64,000 bases of DNA from Parcubacteria group bacterium (GCA_041649615.1 JBAZMT010000002.1:10017-74016); one strand, 5' to 3'; shown: positions 29,029 to 38,350, counted from the first letter of the stretch. Translations and numbers: made by a program. Notes: generated from the letters alone by a model not told the origin.

Positions 29029-30552
29029 ATGATTTATCAAATTGCACTCGCCGCAGGAGGGCTTCTAGTAGGCGGCTTATTGGGTTATTTATTAAGGCAA
29101 AGGACGGCTGTTAAATCGGCCAATTCCATAGAGCAGCAAATAAAGCGCAAGTTTGAAGAGGCGGAGACGCAAGTAAAAACGGAGATCGGCAAGGCGGAAA
29201 AAAGGGCCGAGTCCATATTAGAGGAAGCGAAACAGGAAGAAAAAGAAAGAAAGGCGGCTGTTGAACGGACGGAAGAAAGACTTCTCAAGAAGGGGGAGCT
29301 CTTGGACAAAGATGAAGCGGACTTAAGACAAAAATCGGAGGAACTTAAGGCGCTTTCGGAAAACTTGGACAAGGAATCGGAGGAACTTCAGAAGATGAAA
29401 GAATCCGTTTCTTTGGAACTTTCCAAAGTAAGCAAGCTTTCGCCAGAAGAAGCCAAAAAAAAGTTATTGGCGGAGGTAAAAGAAAACAATAAGGAGGAAT
29501 TACTGGATATATTAACCAAGCTTGAACGGGAGAAAAAAGACGAAATAGAGAAGAAGAGTTTGGACATTATTACGACCGCTCTTCAACGTTATTCCAGATC
29601 GCACATATCGGACATCACGACTACGGTATTTACTCTGCCCTCCGAGGACTTGAAGGGCAAAATAATAGGAAGAGAAGGAAGAAATATAAGGGCGCTTGAA
29701 AGAATAACTGGCGTGGAGTTCGTAATCGACGAAACGCCGGACACGATTCTCATATCTTCCTTTGATCCGGTTCGGAGAGAAATAGCGAGACTTACGCTTG
29801 AAAAGCTCATTCAGGACGGAAGAATCCAGCCGGCAAAGATAGAAGAAAAAGCCGAAGAGTCCAGAGCGGAAATAGACAAGAGAACTCAAGAAATCGGAGA
29901 AGAGGCCGTTTATGAAGTGGGAATATTGAATCTTCCGAAGGAAATAGTTCATCTCTTGGGAAGACTTCATTTCCGGACGAGCTACGGACAAAACGTTTTG
30001 ACTCATTCAATGGAAGTGGCGTTTATCGCCGGAATGATGGCCGAGGAATTGGGCATCAACGCCGAAGTAGCAAAGAAAGGAGCGTTGCTCCACGACATAG
30101 GAAAAGCCATTGATTACGAGGTGGCCGGAAATCACGTTGATTTGGGAATAAAAATTTTGAAGAAATACGACGTTCCCGAAGCCGTGATTGAAGCAATGCA
30201 GTCCCATCATGACGACTATCCGTTCGCGAGTCCCGAGGCGTTCATAGTCGCAACGGCCGACATTATTTCGGCCGCAAGACCCGGGGCAAGGAGGGGAACG
30301 CTTGAGCAGTACGTCAAAAGGCTTGAAGACCTGGAAAAGGTGGCTTCTTCCTTTGAAGGAGTCAAAAGCTCCTATGCCGTTTCTGCTGGCAGGGAGCTTA
30401 GAGTGTTCGTAATTCCAGAGAAAATTGACGATTTCGGCGCATTACAGCTCGCGAAAAACATTGCGGGAAAAATTGAATCGGAAATGAAGTATCCGGGAGA
30501 CATCAAGGTGACTATTATTAGAGAAGTCAGGGCCGTTGAATATGCCAGATAG
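29029..30552 (+). CDS. rny: Ribonuclease Y
   Basis: TM plus coiled coil, KH domain GKIIGREGRNIR, HD domain LLHDIGKA. Confidence 0.97.
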   Translation: MIYQIALAAGGLLVGGLLGYLLRQRTAVKSANSIEQQIKRKFEEAETQVKTEIGKAEKRAESILEEAKQEEKERKAAVERTEERLLKKGELLDKDEADLRQKSEELKALSENLDKESEELQKMKESVSLELSKVSKLSPEEAKKKLLAEVKENNKEELLDILTKLEREKKDEIEKKSLDIITTALQRYSRSHISDITTTVFTLPSEDLKGKIIGREGRNIRALERITGVEFVIDETPDTILISSFDPVRREIARLTLEKLIQDGRIQPAKIEEKAEESRAEIDKRTQEIGEEAVYEVGILNLPKEIVHLLGRLHFRTSYGQNVLTHSMEVAFIAGMMAEELGINAEVAKKGALLHDIGKAIDYEVAGNHVDLGIKILKKYDVPEAVIEAMQSHHDDYPFASPEAFIVATADIISAARPGARRGTLEQYVKRLEDLEKVASSFEGVKSSYAVSAGRELRVFVIPEKIDDFGALQLAKNIAGKIESEMKYPGDIKVTIIREVRAVEYAR

Positions 30553-30638
30553 CCAGATAGACCGAAGATTGTGGAAAATCAGCCTATTTGGTATCATTTC
30601 CTAAGGTTTAAAGGTCGACCAAGCTAATCAAGAATATA

Positions 30639-30914
30639 ATGAAGAAACAGGATTTAGTTGAGGCCGTAATGAACGCCGCCCAGATTGAGACAAAAAAGCA
30701 GGCCGATCAGGCTGTTCAAGCAGTTTTTGACAGCATAGTTAAGGCTATGAGTCGCGGTGAGGATGTTGCTATAACCGGTTTTGGAACATTCAGAGTCGCA
30801 AGAAGAGCGGCAAGAATGGGAATTAATCCGAAGACTGGAGAAAAAATCCAGATAGCCGCTTCCGTTAAACCCAAATTCAGAGCGGGAAAGCTTCTCAAAG
30901 AAGCTGTTCAATAA
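30639..30914 (+). CDS. hup: DNA-binding protein HU
   Basis: GFGTF, RMGINPKTGEKIQIAA, PKFRAGKLLKEAV. Confidence 0.96.
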   Translation: MKKQDLVEAVMNAAQIETKKQADQAVQAVFDSIVKAMSRGEDVAITGFGTFRVARRAARMGINPKTGEKIQIAASVKPKFRAGKLLKEAVQ

Positions 30915-30927
30915 AACTTTTGGATAT

Positions 30928-30967
30928 AATTAAAAACCGCCCGTTTTGTGGGGCGGTTTTTAATTAA
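30928..30967. terminator. Bidirectional terminator between convergent genes
   Basis: aattaaaaaccgccc-gttttgt-gggcggtttttaatt. Confidence 0.8.
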
Positions 30968-30971
30968 CGGT

Positions 30972-31832
30972 TTAAGGCAGCTTCAATAGCTTTTTAACGG
31001 CGGTGCTTATTTTGATGAACTCGGCATATCCCGATTTGAGATTGACTATGGCCGCGGAACAAAGATCTTTAACGGAAGGAATCTTTTCTTCAGCGATTAC
31101 GGACTCATCTTCAATCGGGGCAGACATTTCAGCTTCTTCTTTGGGAGCGGGGAGGTATATTTCCCGGATAATCGTGAAAGATCTCTCTACTAAGGCTCTG
31201 GCTCCGTCTATCATTTTTCTCGCCTCGGCCATTTCGGAGACGAACAAATCTTTTTTAATAAGTCCCGCTTTTTCTATTTTTTGAAGATCATCGTTGATTC
31301 TCACCCATCTTTCATTTGCGGTATCGGTGAGTTTTGACGTTTCAAGCACGAAGATGAAATTCAGCGCATCCGTCAGATTATCATTGTAGCTTTCATCCCG
31401 GTGAGCTTTTACGTCCTTGGCCAAACTCTTAACTTCTTCAAGATTCAAATCGTCCGAAGTTAATTCATCTTCGGCTTCTTTGAAATATTTTTCCTCCAAA
31501 TCAAGCCATTCCAAGATGGAGCTTCTAATGGTCGCAAGATCGCTTTCTTCCTCAATATTCGCTGAATTTAATTTTGTGCGGGCTGCTTCAACTTCTTTGA
31601 GAGAAAGGGAAAGCGCGTCCGCAACCACTTTTTTGCGAGAAGCCAATTCTTCTTCGGGAGACAAGACATTAGCGGCGGCGCTGTCCTTGGCCTCAATAAG
31701 TTCGGTAGTGCTTGAGCTTAGATTCTCCGTGGCAGAAGACAGTTCAGAGGCGTGTGAAACACAAGGGAAAGCAAGCACCGGAAAAACGGCGAGAAGAGAG
31801 ATTATTACAGGTTTTTTTATGGAAAATTTCAT
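30972..31832 (-). CDS. Secreted helical hypothetical protein in the ECF operon
   Basis: Signal peptide ending SHA; helical acidic body. Confidence 0.7.
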   Translation of the reverse strand: MKFSIKKPVIISLLAVFPVLAFPCVSHASELSSATENLSSSTTELIEAKDSAAANVLSPEEELASRKKVVADALSLSLKEVEAARTKLNSANIEEESDLATIRSSILEWLDLEEKYFKEAEDELTSDDLNLEEVKSLAKDVKAHRDESYNDNLTDALNFIFVLETSKLTDTANERWVRINDDLQKIEKAGLIKKDLFVSEMAEARKMIDGARALVERSFTIIREIYLPAPKEEAEMSAPIEDESVIAEEKIPSVKDLCSAAIVNLKSGYAEFIKISTAVKKLLKLP

Positions 31833-31838
31833 TAGAGA

Positions 31839-32303
31839 TTAAAATAAGGCTTGTTCAAGAAGCCTGTTGGCTTCATCGGGGTCGGGAAGGGTGACGTTTA
31901 GCGTATCAAATTCTTTTTTGATAAGGGAAGAGTTCATGTGAGTCGGGCCGTTTGAAGAAGCTTCGTAAAGAGCAACCGAAGTTTTCTCGGCTGATTCTCC
32001 ATAGGAACGAATTTCTTTAAGCGTGATATCAATGTCGGCCTCAAAAGAAGCGGCGACCGAGTCAATGGAAGCGATTTCCGAAACCGATTTCGTGACGCTC
32101 GGGGGCTTGATATCGCCGATCAATAAAATGACGAGAATCGTAGCCGCCATAACTACGGAACCGATCCAGAATTTGGGGAAGGCGAGTCTCGCGGAAGGAG
32201 ACGGTTTTTCGGAGGCTAGAATGGAAAATTTCGCGGAAAGCGCAAAATCATCGTCCGGGACGATATTTTGCAACAATCTTAATTTTTCCGTTAAACGATC
32301 CAT
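31839..32303 (-). CDS. Putative anti-sigma factor-like membrane protein
   Basis: Single TM helix, directly downstream of the ECF sigma gene. Confidence 0.6.
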   Translation of the reverse strand: MDRLTEKLRLLQNIVPDDDFALSAKFSILASEKPSPSARLAFPKFWIGSVVMAATILVILLIGDIKPPSVTKSVSEIASIDSVAASFEADIDITLKEIRSYGESAEKTSVALYEASSNGPTHMNSSLIKKEFDTLNVTLPDPDEANRLLEQALF

Positions 32304-32304
32304 T

Positions 32305-32844
32305 TTATTTTTCGTTCAATATGGTTCTTATTTTTTGAAGAGCCCGGTGTTGAATCAATTTTACCGCTCCTTCGGATTTGTTTATGGTCTCCGACACTTC
32401 TTTCACGGACAAATCTTCAATGAAGCGCATGATGATCACGTCGCGTTCAATGTCTTTTAATTCGTGCAAAGAAGCCATTATGCGAGCGATGTCCTTTCGG
32501 TCATCAATGTCCGAAATGTCGGGGCGAAAGATAAGTTTTTCCGAGACGAACTCCTCGTCAATGCTTATAACCGGTTTGGTTCTTCTATAGCGGTCAATGA
32601 TTAAATTTCTCGCTATCCGGTACAGCCAACTTGAAAAGGGAAGTCCTTTTTCGGAAAACCCCGAAATGTTCTGCCAGGCTTTTAAAAAAACTTGGTGGGC
32701 AAGGTCTTCAGCCTCCTCACGTTGGCCGACTTTAAGAAGGATGAAACGGTAAATGGCTGGAAGATAAAAATCGTAAAGTCGTCCAAAGGCTTCAGCCTCC
32801 CCACCCTTAGCTTCCAATATTAATTTGCGTTCATCCTCTAACAT
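32305..32844 (-). CDS. ECF RNA polymerase sigma factor
   Basis: AFGRLYD, AEDLAHQVFLKAW, FSSWLYRIARN, region 4 SEGAVKLIQHRAL. Confidence 0.94.
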   Translation of the reverse strand: MLEDERKLILEAKGGEAEAFGRLYDFYLPAIYRFILLKVGQREEAEDLAHQVFLKAWQNISGFSEKGLPFSSWLYRIARNLIIDRYRRTKPVISIDEEFVSEKLIFRPDISDIDDRKDIARIMASLHELKDIERDVIIMRFIEDLSVKEVSETINKSEGAVKLIQHRALQKIRTILNEK

Positions 32845-32973
32845 GGTAAACGAAAATAGGCCTCTATAGGTTACAAATAGCGGCATTTTTCCCGCTTTTC
32901 ATTGATTTTTCAGGATAGACGACCATAGGTTAATTTTACCAAAACAAAGACAGCCTGTTATATAATTATGTAG

Positions 32974-33183
32974 ATGGATATGGCAAGGACGGGAATAAAG
33001 AGGAAAATTTTGCCCCTTTTGGTGATTATCTCATGTTTTTTATTGGGAGGCCTTACGGCATATCTGATTTTTGGTGATAAAGACGAGGGACTTTTTATAA
33101 GCTCTATGTTTAAAAATCCGACAGGACAACCGCATATTAAAGGACCGGACGAACCGCCGCCGTTGCCGATTTCTGGACAATAA
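32974..33183 (+). CDS. Small membrane hypothetical protein
   Basis: One TM helix, Pro-rich C-terminus; tataat upstream. Confidence 0.55.
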   Translation: MDMARTGIKRKILPLLVIISCFLLGGLTAYLIFGDKDEGLFISSMFKNPTGQPHIKGPDEPPPLPISGQ

Positions 33184-33212
33184 AAGAGGCCTCAATTAGA
33201 TTTAATTCCGAA

Positions 33213-33284
33213 GCGAGAGTAGCACAGTGGCCAGTGCGCCTGCCTTCCAAGCAGGATACGCGGGTTCGATTCCCGTCTCTCGCT
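33213..33284 (+). tRNA. tRNA-Gly(TCC)
   Basis: GCGAGAG...CTCTCGCT, CCTGC-CTTCCAA-GCAGG. Confidence 0.94.
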
Positions 33285-33353
33285 CATAAGTGTCCCTGGA
33301 AGAGATATCAGAAAAAATAAAAGAGCATGTTTTAAAACATGCTCTTTTTGGTT

Positions 33354-33698
33354 TCACATATTCCCTCTTGCTTCAAAGAGAGAGTCGCAGTACCTCTTTA
33401 AAACGAGATAAGCACTCCGTCCTCCGTCGTTAGAGAATGGAACGAAGGCCCCCCTTCGGAGACATAGGTCAGAAAAGACATTTCTATCCATAAGTCTCTC
33501 CTTGACGTTTTTGTCGAGATCCTGAGCGCGAATCGCCCAAGGCCTCCCGAACTCATCATAGATCGCTATGACGCCATTATTGAGATCCCATGTCCAAGGG
33601 GATCCCATACCAATGGGTTTGCCATTTTCAAGGTGACCATACAAGAGAAGAAAATCGTGATTGAGTAAGTTAAAGGACAACATATAATTCGTACCCAT
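33354..33698 (-). CDS. ORFan hypothetical protein
   Basis: aggagga RBS before ATG 33698; own promoter and downstream palindrome 33319-33348. Confidence 0.65.
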   Translation of the reverse strand: MGTNYMLSFNLLNHDFLLLYGHLENGKPIGMGSPWTWDLNNGVIAIYDEFGRPWAIRAQDLDKNVKERLMDRNVFSDLCLRRGAFVPFSNDGGRSAYLVLKRYCDSLFEARGNM

Positions 33699-33765
33699 CT
33701 TTGCGTTCCTCCTATCAGAACATCTTGCGGGCAAGAGCTAGTTAAAGATTTCTAACTCTCCCTTC

Positions 33766-33794
33766 ATTATAGCATATTTTATCTATATTGTCAA
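33766..33794 (-). promoter_or_regulatory. Consensus sigma70 promoter
   Basis: Minus strand TTGACA-17 nt-TATAAT. Confidence 0.8.
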
Positions 33795-33938
33795 GTTATC
33801 ATTGATTTTACCAGTTATTTAAGACTAGACTCAATGTGAAGCTAGCCCTTGTATTCCATATTTTCTATTGGAAATAGGGATACCCGGGCATCGCTCGGCG
33901 AGAATATGAAAATAGATTTTCCTATTCTCGCTTCGCTC

Positions 33939-34010
33939 GCCCTTGTCGTTCAATGGATAGGACGCAAGATTGCGGATCTTGAAATAGGGGTTCGATTCCC
34001 TTCAGGGGCA
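33939..34010 (+). tRNA. tRNA-Arg(GCG)
   Basis: GCCCTTG...CAGGGGCA, CAAGA-TTGCGGA-TCTTG, D-loop with A20 (TGGATAG). Confidence 0.9.
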
Positions 34011-34051
34011 CAAAAAAACATCCCGCTTTGCGGGATGTTCGTGTTTTTAAA

Positions 34052-34552
34052 TCATCCGGATTCTTTTTCTTGCTTGTACAGATGTTCGTTCAACCTTCTG
34101 AAAAACGTCTGAATGTTTCTTCTGGAGAGGTCGCGACCGTCCTCAAAGAAAAAGATGTTTGTTTTAAGGTCGGAAAGACCGATGAATTTTCCGGGAAAGA
34201 TTTCTTCCTGCGGATCAAACCATCTGCATCTCCGCCGAAAATCGGCTCTGCTGTGTATTCGCGCGACTATGGAAAAAATGTCCGGAATAGTCTCGCCAAG
34301 TTTGTCGTATCCCCCTTTAAGAATGTGGGGAAACTTATTGGCATCCTTCAAGGTAACGGAGAGAAAGTCAATCGTGTAAGGTTTGTTTTTCCAGTGGAAA
34401 GTAAGCCTATTGAAGGGTCCCTCCGATTTTATCGGTTTCAAGACCAGGCCTTTAACCTTTGCGAGCGCGCTTATCAACACCGAAGACCTGCATCCCGGAA
34501 AAAGAACGATGGTGGTTCTGTATTTCAACTGTTGCTCTTTCAAAGAACTCAC
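34052..34552 (-). CDS. ORFan hypothetical protein
   Basis: aaaggag RBS before GTG; TTGACC upstream. Confidence 0.55.
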   Translation of the reverse strand: MSSLKEQQLKYRTTIVLFPGCRSSVLISALAKVKGLVLKPIKSEGPFNRLTFHWKNKPYTIDFLSVTLKDANKFPHILKGGYDKLGETIPDIFSIVARIHSRADFRRRCRWFDPQEEIFPGKFIGLSDLKTNIFFFEDGRDLSRRNIQTFFRRLNEHLYKQEKESG

Positions 34553-34631
34553 TCCTTTCGGTAAAACTAATGCGATAATAACAACCGAGCGTGAGAACGG
34601 TCAAGAAACGAGCGCCTGTTATAATTAATTC

Positions 34632-35180
34632 ATGAATATTCCGATAATATTGGGAACCGGAAGAGAGGGGAGAATTTCGGAAAGAGCGGCGGAGTACGTT
34701 AAATCCGTCATAGTGGAATCAGGACATAATACGGAAATAATTGATCCGCGCGATTACAAGTTTTTATTTACCGATAACGAGACTTCCAGAGGAGACGGTT
34801 ATCGCGAAAAAATAAAGAACGTAGATGCGCTCGTAATAGTTACGCCGGAGTATAATCACAGTTTTCCCGGAGAATTAAAAATACTTTTAGATACCGCCTA
34901 CGAGGAATATTTTTATAAGCCCGTAGGCATTTGCGGGGTTTCGGCGAGTCCATTCGGGGGAGCGAGAGCAGTGGAACAGTTAAAGCCGACACTTTCAGAA
35001 TTAAGAATGTTTATCGGAAGAGAATCCGTATTCTTCAGTTCGGCAAGAGAATTATTCGGTGAGGCCGAAATAAAAGACAAATCGTTTAAAGGACGGGTGA
35101 AGGCAATGTTAGACGAGATTGTTTTAATCGCGGGTAAAGTTAAACCCCTCTCCAGTTTTAAAACTGGAGAGGGGTTTTAA
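34632..35180 (+). CDS. NADPH-dependent FMN reductase
   Basis: ILGTGREGRIS, VTPEYNHSFPGELK, GGARAVEQLK. Confidence 0.92.
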   Translation: MNIPIILGTGREGRISERAAEYVKSVIVESGHNTEIIDPRDYKFLFTDNETSRGDGYREKIKNVDALVIVTPEYNHSFPGELKILLDTAYEEYFYKPVGICGVSASPFGGARAVEQLKPTLSELRMFIGRESVFFSSARELFGEAEIKDKSFKGRVKAMLDEIVLIAGKVKPLSSFKTGEGF

Positions 35181-35184
35181 TTAA

Positions 35185-35526
35185 TCATTCGTTTTTAGCT
35201 GAATGCTTTTTTCTTAAGTTAAAGATTCCCTTAAGTAACATTAGACCGCCCGTTCCTACGCCGATTTTGGCAGCAATGAGTTCGCCGGTTAAAAGCTCCG
35301 AAGAAACCGTTAAATAAGAGGCTTCAGCGAACTTTATGAGCGCGACGAAGAGCCAGTGTCCCAGCAGAGACATCACAACTACGCTTATACCTAGCGTAAG
35401 AAGGCTAATTCTTGAGTTCGAGAGCGAACGAAACCAATTCGCGGTGAACTCATCTTTTTCTTCGGGAAGCATTTCTCTTGTAGTTACAGCTTCTTTCGAA
35501 AAAAGAGCCTTTTTTGGGTTGGTCAT
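35185..35526 (-). CDS. Small 2-TM ORFan
   Basis: aggaggt RBS, two hydrophobic segments. Confidence 0.6.
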   Translation of the reverse strand: MTNPKKALFSKEAVTTREMLPEEKDEFTANWFRSLSNSRISLLTLGISVVVMSLLGHWLFVALIKFAEASYLTVSSELLTGELIAAKIGVGTGGLMLLKGIFNLRKKHSAKNE

Positions 35527-35593
35527 TTAAATAACCTCCTTTCTAAAGATCTAGTTTTGGATTACATCTAATTCGAGGTCTTGTCAAACAAAG

Positions 35594-35995
35594 CTATTCA
35601 GTTGTCTTACCGTCGAAATGTTCTTCGTTCGCCAAAGCTTCCGCTTTAGTCTTATGAATCGTGCCGTTTTTATGCTCGGCGGGAGAATAAATGGTATAGA
35701 CTTTCAATTTTTCGGTCTCTGACGCGTTTATAATGTTATGAAGCGTTCCCGCGGGAATGACGATGGCCGAACCGTCTTCAATCTCGTGCGAAATGCCGTT
35801 TAAAACGGCGAGGCCTTTGCCCGCTTCAACGCGAAAGAATTGATCGCGGTCATCGTGAGTTTCTTCACCGATTTCTTCTTTGGGTAAGAGAGACATCAAT
35901 ACAAGCTGGCTGTGAGGAGCGGTATATAAGATTTTCCTGAAATTATCGTTCTTAAGGGTATCTTGCTCAATATTTTTTACAATGTATCCGTTCAT
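35594..35995 (-). CDS. Cupin domain protein
   Basis: NFRKILYT, QLVLMSL, EEIGEETH, DQFFRVE, PAGTLHNIIN. Confidence 0.9.
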   Translation of the reverse strand: MNGYIVKNIEQDTLKNDNFRKILYTAPHSQLVLMSLLPKEEIGEETHDDRDQFFRVEAGKGLAVLNGISHEIEDGSAIVIPAGTLHNIINASETEKLKVYTIYSPAEHKNGTIHKTKAEALANEEHFDGKTTE

Positions 35996-36072
35996 TTCAT
36001 TTTTTTATTTGATTAAGCGACAATTCATTCTAACAAAAAACTCTCAATTACTTGAGAGCTGTCGTAAAGGTT

Positions 36073-36492
36073 CTAGTCGCGATTCGCTTTTGTCTCGGAC
36101 TTTCCATATTTTGTGATCCATTCCGGATAGTAGATTAGGAGCGCGCGATCGTAGAGCTCAAACGCTTTTTTTACCAGAGCGAGATTGAATTCTTCCACTT
36201 CGGAGTATACGATGACGCTTATCTTGCCGTGGTGTTCTACGCCATCAGGGGCTTTCGCGGAGTATTGCACCAGTTTTCTCGCGTATCTACCGTTGAGGAA
36301 ATGAACGGTTTCAAATCTTCCTTTCATTGCGTAGTGGGATACTTCCTCGTCTTCGTACTTTTCATTGATCGTCAGAGTAAATGGCTTATTCATTCCAAGA
36401 GAATGGGCAAAGTTCAAAAGATCCAGAAATATTTCCCAGCTGAACTTGATGTCTCGCATCTCTGGTCCCTCAACCTCAAGACAACAATACAT
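36073..36492 (-). CDS. ORFan hypothetical protein
   Basis: aaggagg RBS, TTGACA upstream. Confidence 0.6.
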   Translation of the reverse strand: MYCCLEVEGPEMRDIKFSWEIFLDLLNFAHSLGMNKPFTLTINEKYEDEEVSHYAMKGRFETVHFLNGRYARKLVQYSAKAPDGVEHHGKISVIVYSEVEEFNLALVKKAFELYDRALLIYYPEWITKYGKSETKANRD

Positions 36493-36555
36493 TTCAAAAC
36501 CTCCTTATTTTGTTGTTAAGAACTAACTTCTACAATTGATTTGTTGATTTGTCAA

Positions 36556-37167
36556 TTATTGTTTGAGATTTTTAATCAATTTTACAATTTCCGGAAATTT
36601 TGCGACGAGAAAATGACCCTTTTTACTCTTATAGATGGTTATATGAGCTTGCTTTAAATTTTTTCTGTATTTTTCTGCGTGAACGACAGGAACAACGTTA
36701 TCGTCTGCCGAAAAGAACAAATAAAGATTTTTCGTATTTTCTTCAAGCAAAGATAGGCCAGATTTCAACCGAAATCCGCCGGGAATGATTCTACTTTCCG
36801 GAAAACCATCATATGGCGGAGCAATAAGAAAAACGCCTAAAATTTTCTTCGGAAATTTATTTTCAGACAAATATTTGGAAAGAAACATTCCTCCGAGAGA
36901 AGAACCAATAAAGATAGCGTTGTTTTTTATTAACGGAAGAAATCGTTCAAAATAAATTTTCCACTCTTCATATTTTGCATTTTCCCGGCAGGGCATGCGA
37001 AGACGAATTAATTCATATTTTTTTCCAAGCTTTCTATCTAAAAAGGCGTCTTTCCATCCCTCTCTTTTCTTTACGGAAACTTTTTGGTTTTTGAGATACG
37101 ATAAATAATCTTTTTTATTTTTAAACACATCTCCTCCGCGAACTATAAAAATTTGGGTTTTAGTCAT
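36556..37167 (-). CDS. Alpha/beta hydrolase, RBBP9/YdeN-like
   Basis: GSSLGG nucleophile elbow, SADDNVVP, GHF. Confidence 0.85.
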   Translation of the reverse strand: MTKTQIFIVRGGDVFKNKKDYLSYLKNQKVSVKKREGWKDAFLDRKLGKKYELIRLRMPCRENAKYEEWKIYFERFLPLIKNNAIFIGSSLGGMFLSKYLSENKFPKKILGVFLIAPPYDGFPESRIIPGGFRLKSGLSLLEENTKNLYLFFSADDNVVPVVHAEKYRKNLKQAHITIYKSKKGHFLVAKFPEIVKLIKNLKQ

Positions 37168-37178
37168 TTTATAGAAAA

Positions 37179-37412
37179 TTATAGGATATGTTTTTTCGTA
37201 AATGCTCTTCCGGAACCGGACTTAAGATATTTCTCGAAAGAAAACGCCTTATATTTATCTGTGAAAGCGACATAGAACTCTAATTCTACTGGCAATCTAT
37301 TTGTTGTTGCGGGAACATATCCATTTTTATGTCTGCTCAATCGTTCTTCAATATTATCGGTACAGCCTATATAGAATCCGTTTTTACACTTGATGCTGTA
37401 AACATAATACAT
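37179..37412 (-). CDS. Small GIY-YIG nuclease family protein
   Basis: YYVYSI...FYIGCT...RLSRH, EKYLKSGSGR. Confidence 0.9.
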   Translation of the reverse strand: MYYVYSIKCKNGFYIGCTDNIEERLSRHKNGYVPATTNRLPVELEFYVAFTDKYKAFSFEKYLKSGSGRAFTKKHIL

Positions 37413-37427
37413 TTTTACTAATTGTAA

Positions 37428-37492
37428 CCCGCTTTCGCTTAACTACTGCGGACTGTGTCACGCCGTAGCCAAGCTTCAGCGTGGCGAAGGCG
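37428..37492. repeat. REP-like imperfect hairpins upstream of the GIY-YIG gene
   Basis: cgccgtagccaagcttcagcgtggcgaaggcg; related to 58038-58064. Confidence 0.6.
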
Positions 37493-37683
37493 ATGGCGAT
37501 TTCCGGAAGTTTGAACCGGCGTTTGCGGCGAAGACCATAAGTTACAGTCGCCTTGATAGAATTGTGGGCGATTTACGCCGTATCTACAAAGAGAATCCTG
37601 CTTATTTCGATGTTCCGTCATTTGCGCAAAGAATCTATTAGATACATTGGACTTACTATACAGATTTGATAAGTAACTCTAAT

Positions 37684-38292
37684 CTATAGCTCCACAGTGC
37701 GAAGACGAGGAAACAGCTCGATCAACAATTCTTCTCCCTTCTCGGTCTTGATGGGGCCGAGTATGACCCGCACGAATGGCACCTTGTTCTTGGCGCGGAA
37801 GTCGGCGAGTGCTTGCCAGTCGGGAGCATGCATTTGCGGCGCAAGATTGAGCGCAAGGTAGAGACTAAGATAAGGGGAGGGTGAATATCCTTTCGAGAAT
37901 ATCTTTTGTAGCTCGCTGGTAACTGAAGCCGTGAAGTCGCCGCTGAACTGATGATCGGTGAGCCGCTTCATTTGGAAGACATCGCCACTGAAGCCGTCTC
38001 TTGGCGTGGCGTTGGAGTCGGCCGCGTCGAGGATGAGAATATCGACGTCGGTATCATCTTTACGGAATCTCTTTATTGCCTCGTTCTTGGTGAGCGCCCC
38101 AGCTTTCATCTGCCGCAAGCCCTCCTCGATAACCGGAATGCCGACTAAGAACGGCTTTTTGAATTCCTTTTCATACAAACGCTTGAGGCGTACTGCCTCC
38201 GACAATTCAGTGTCGCGACTATCGCGTCCTTCACCGAATTGGCGCAAGTATTCGATGATTTCTTGCTCTGTGCAGTAGATAAAATGCTCCAT
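37684..38292 (-). CDS. Hypothetical protein of foreign composition, possibly PD-(D/E)xK-like
   Basis: Visibly GC-richer than flanks; DVDILI...FQMKR pattern; lies directly downstream of tRNA-Ser. Confidence 0.6.
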   Translation of the reverse strand: MEHFIYCTEQEIIEYLRQFGEGRDSRDTELSEAVRLKRLYEKEFKKPFLVGIPVIEEGLRQMKAGALTKNEAIKRFRKDDTDVDILILDAADSNATPRDGFSGDVFQMKRLTDHQFSGDFTASVTSELQKIFSKGYSPSPYLSLYLALNLAPQMHAPDWQALADFRAKNKVPFVRVILGPIKTEKGEELLIELFPRLRTVEL

Positions 38293-38350
38293 AATTCGAA
38301 TCCCTTTAACTCTCCACTTTCAAAACCCTTTATCTAAGCCCTAAAAACGC

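Noticed and set aside
30972-32844. ECF sigma / anti-sigma / secreted protein operon as a novel system
   Set aside because: A common arrangement with nothing distinctive visible.
34028-34564. Plus-strand ORF overlapping 34052-34552
   Set aside because: The minus-strand ORF has the RBS and promoter-like signals; the plus-strand ORF starts inside a terminator hairpin.
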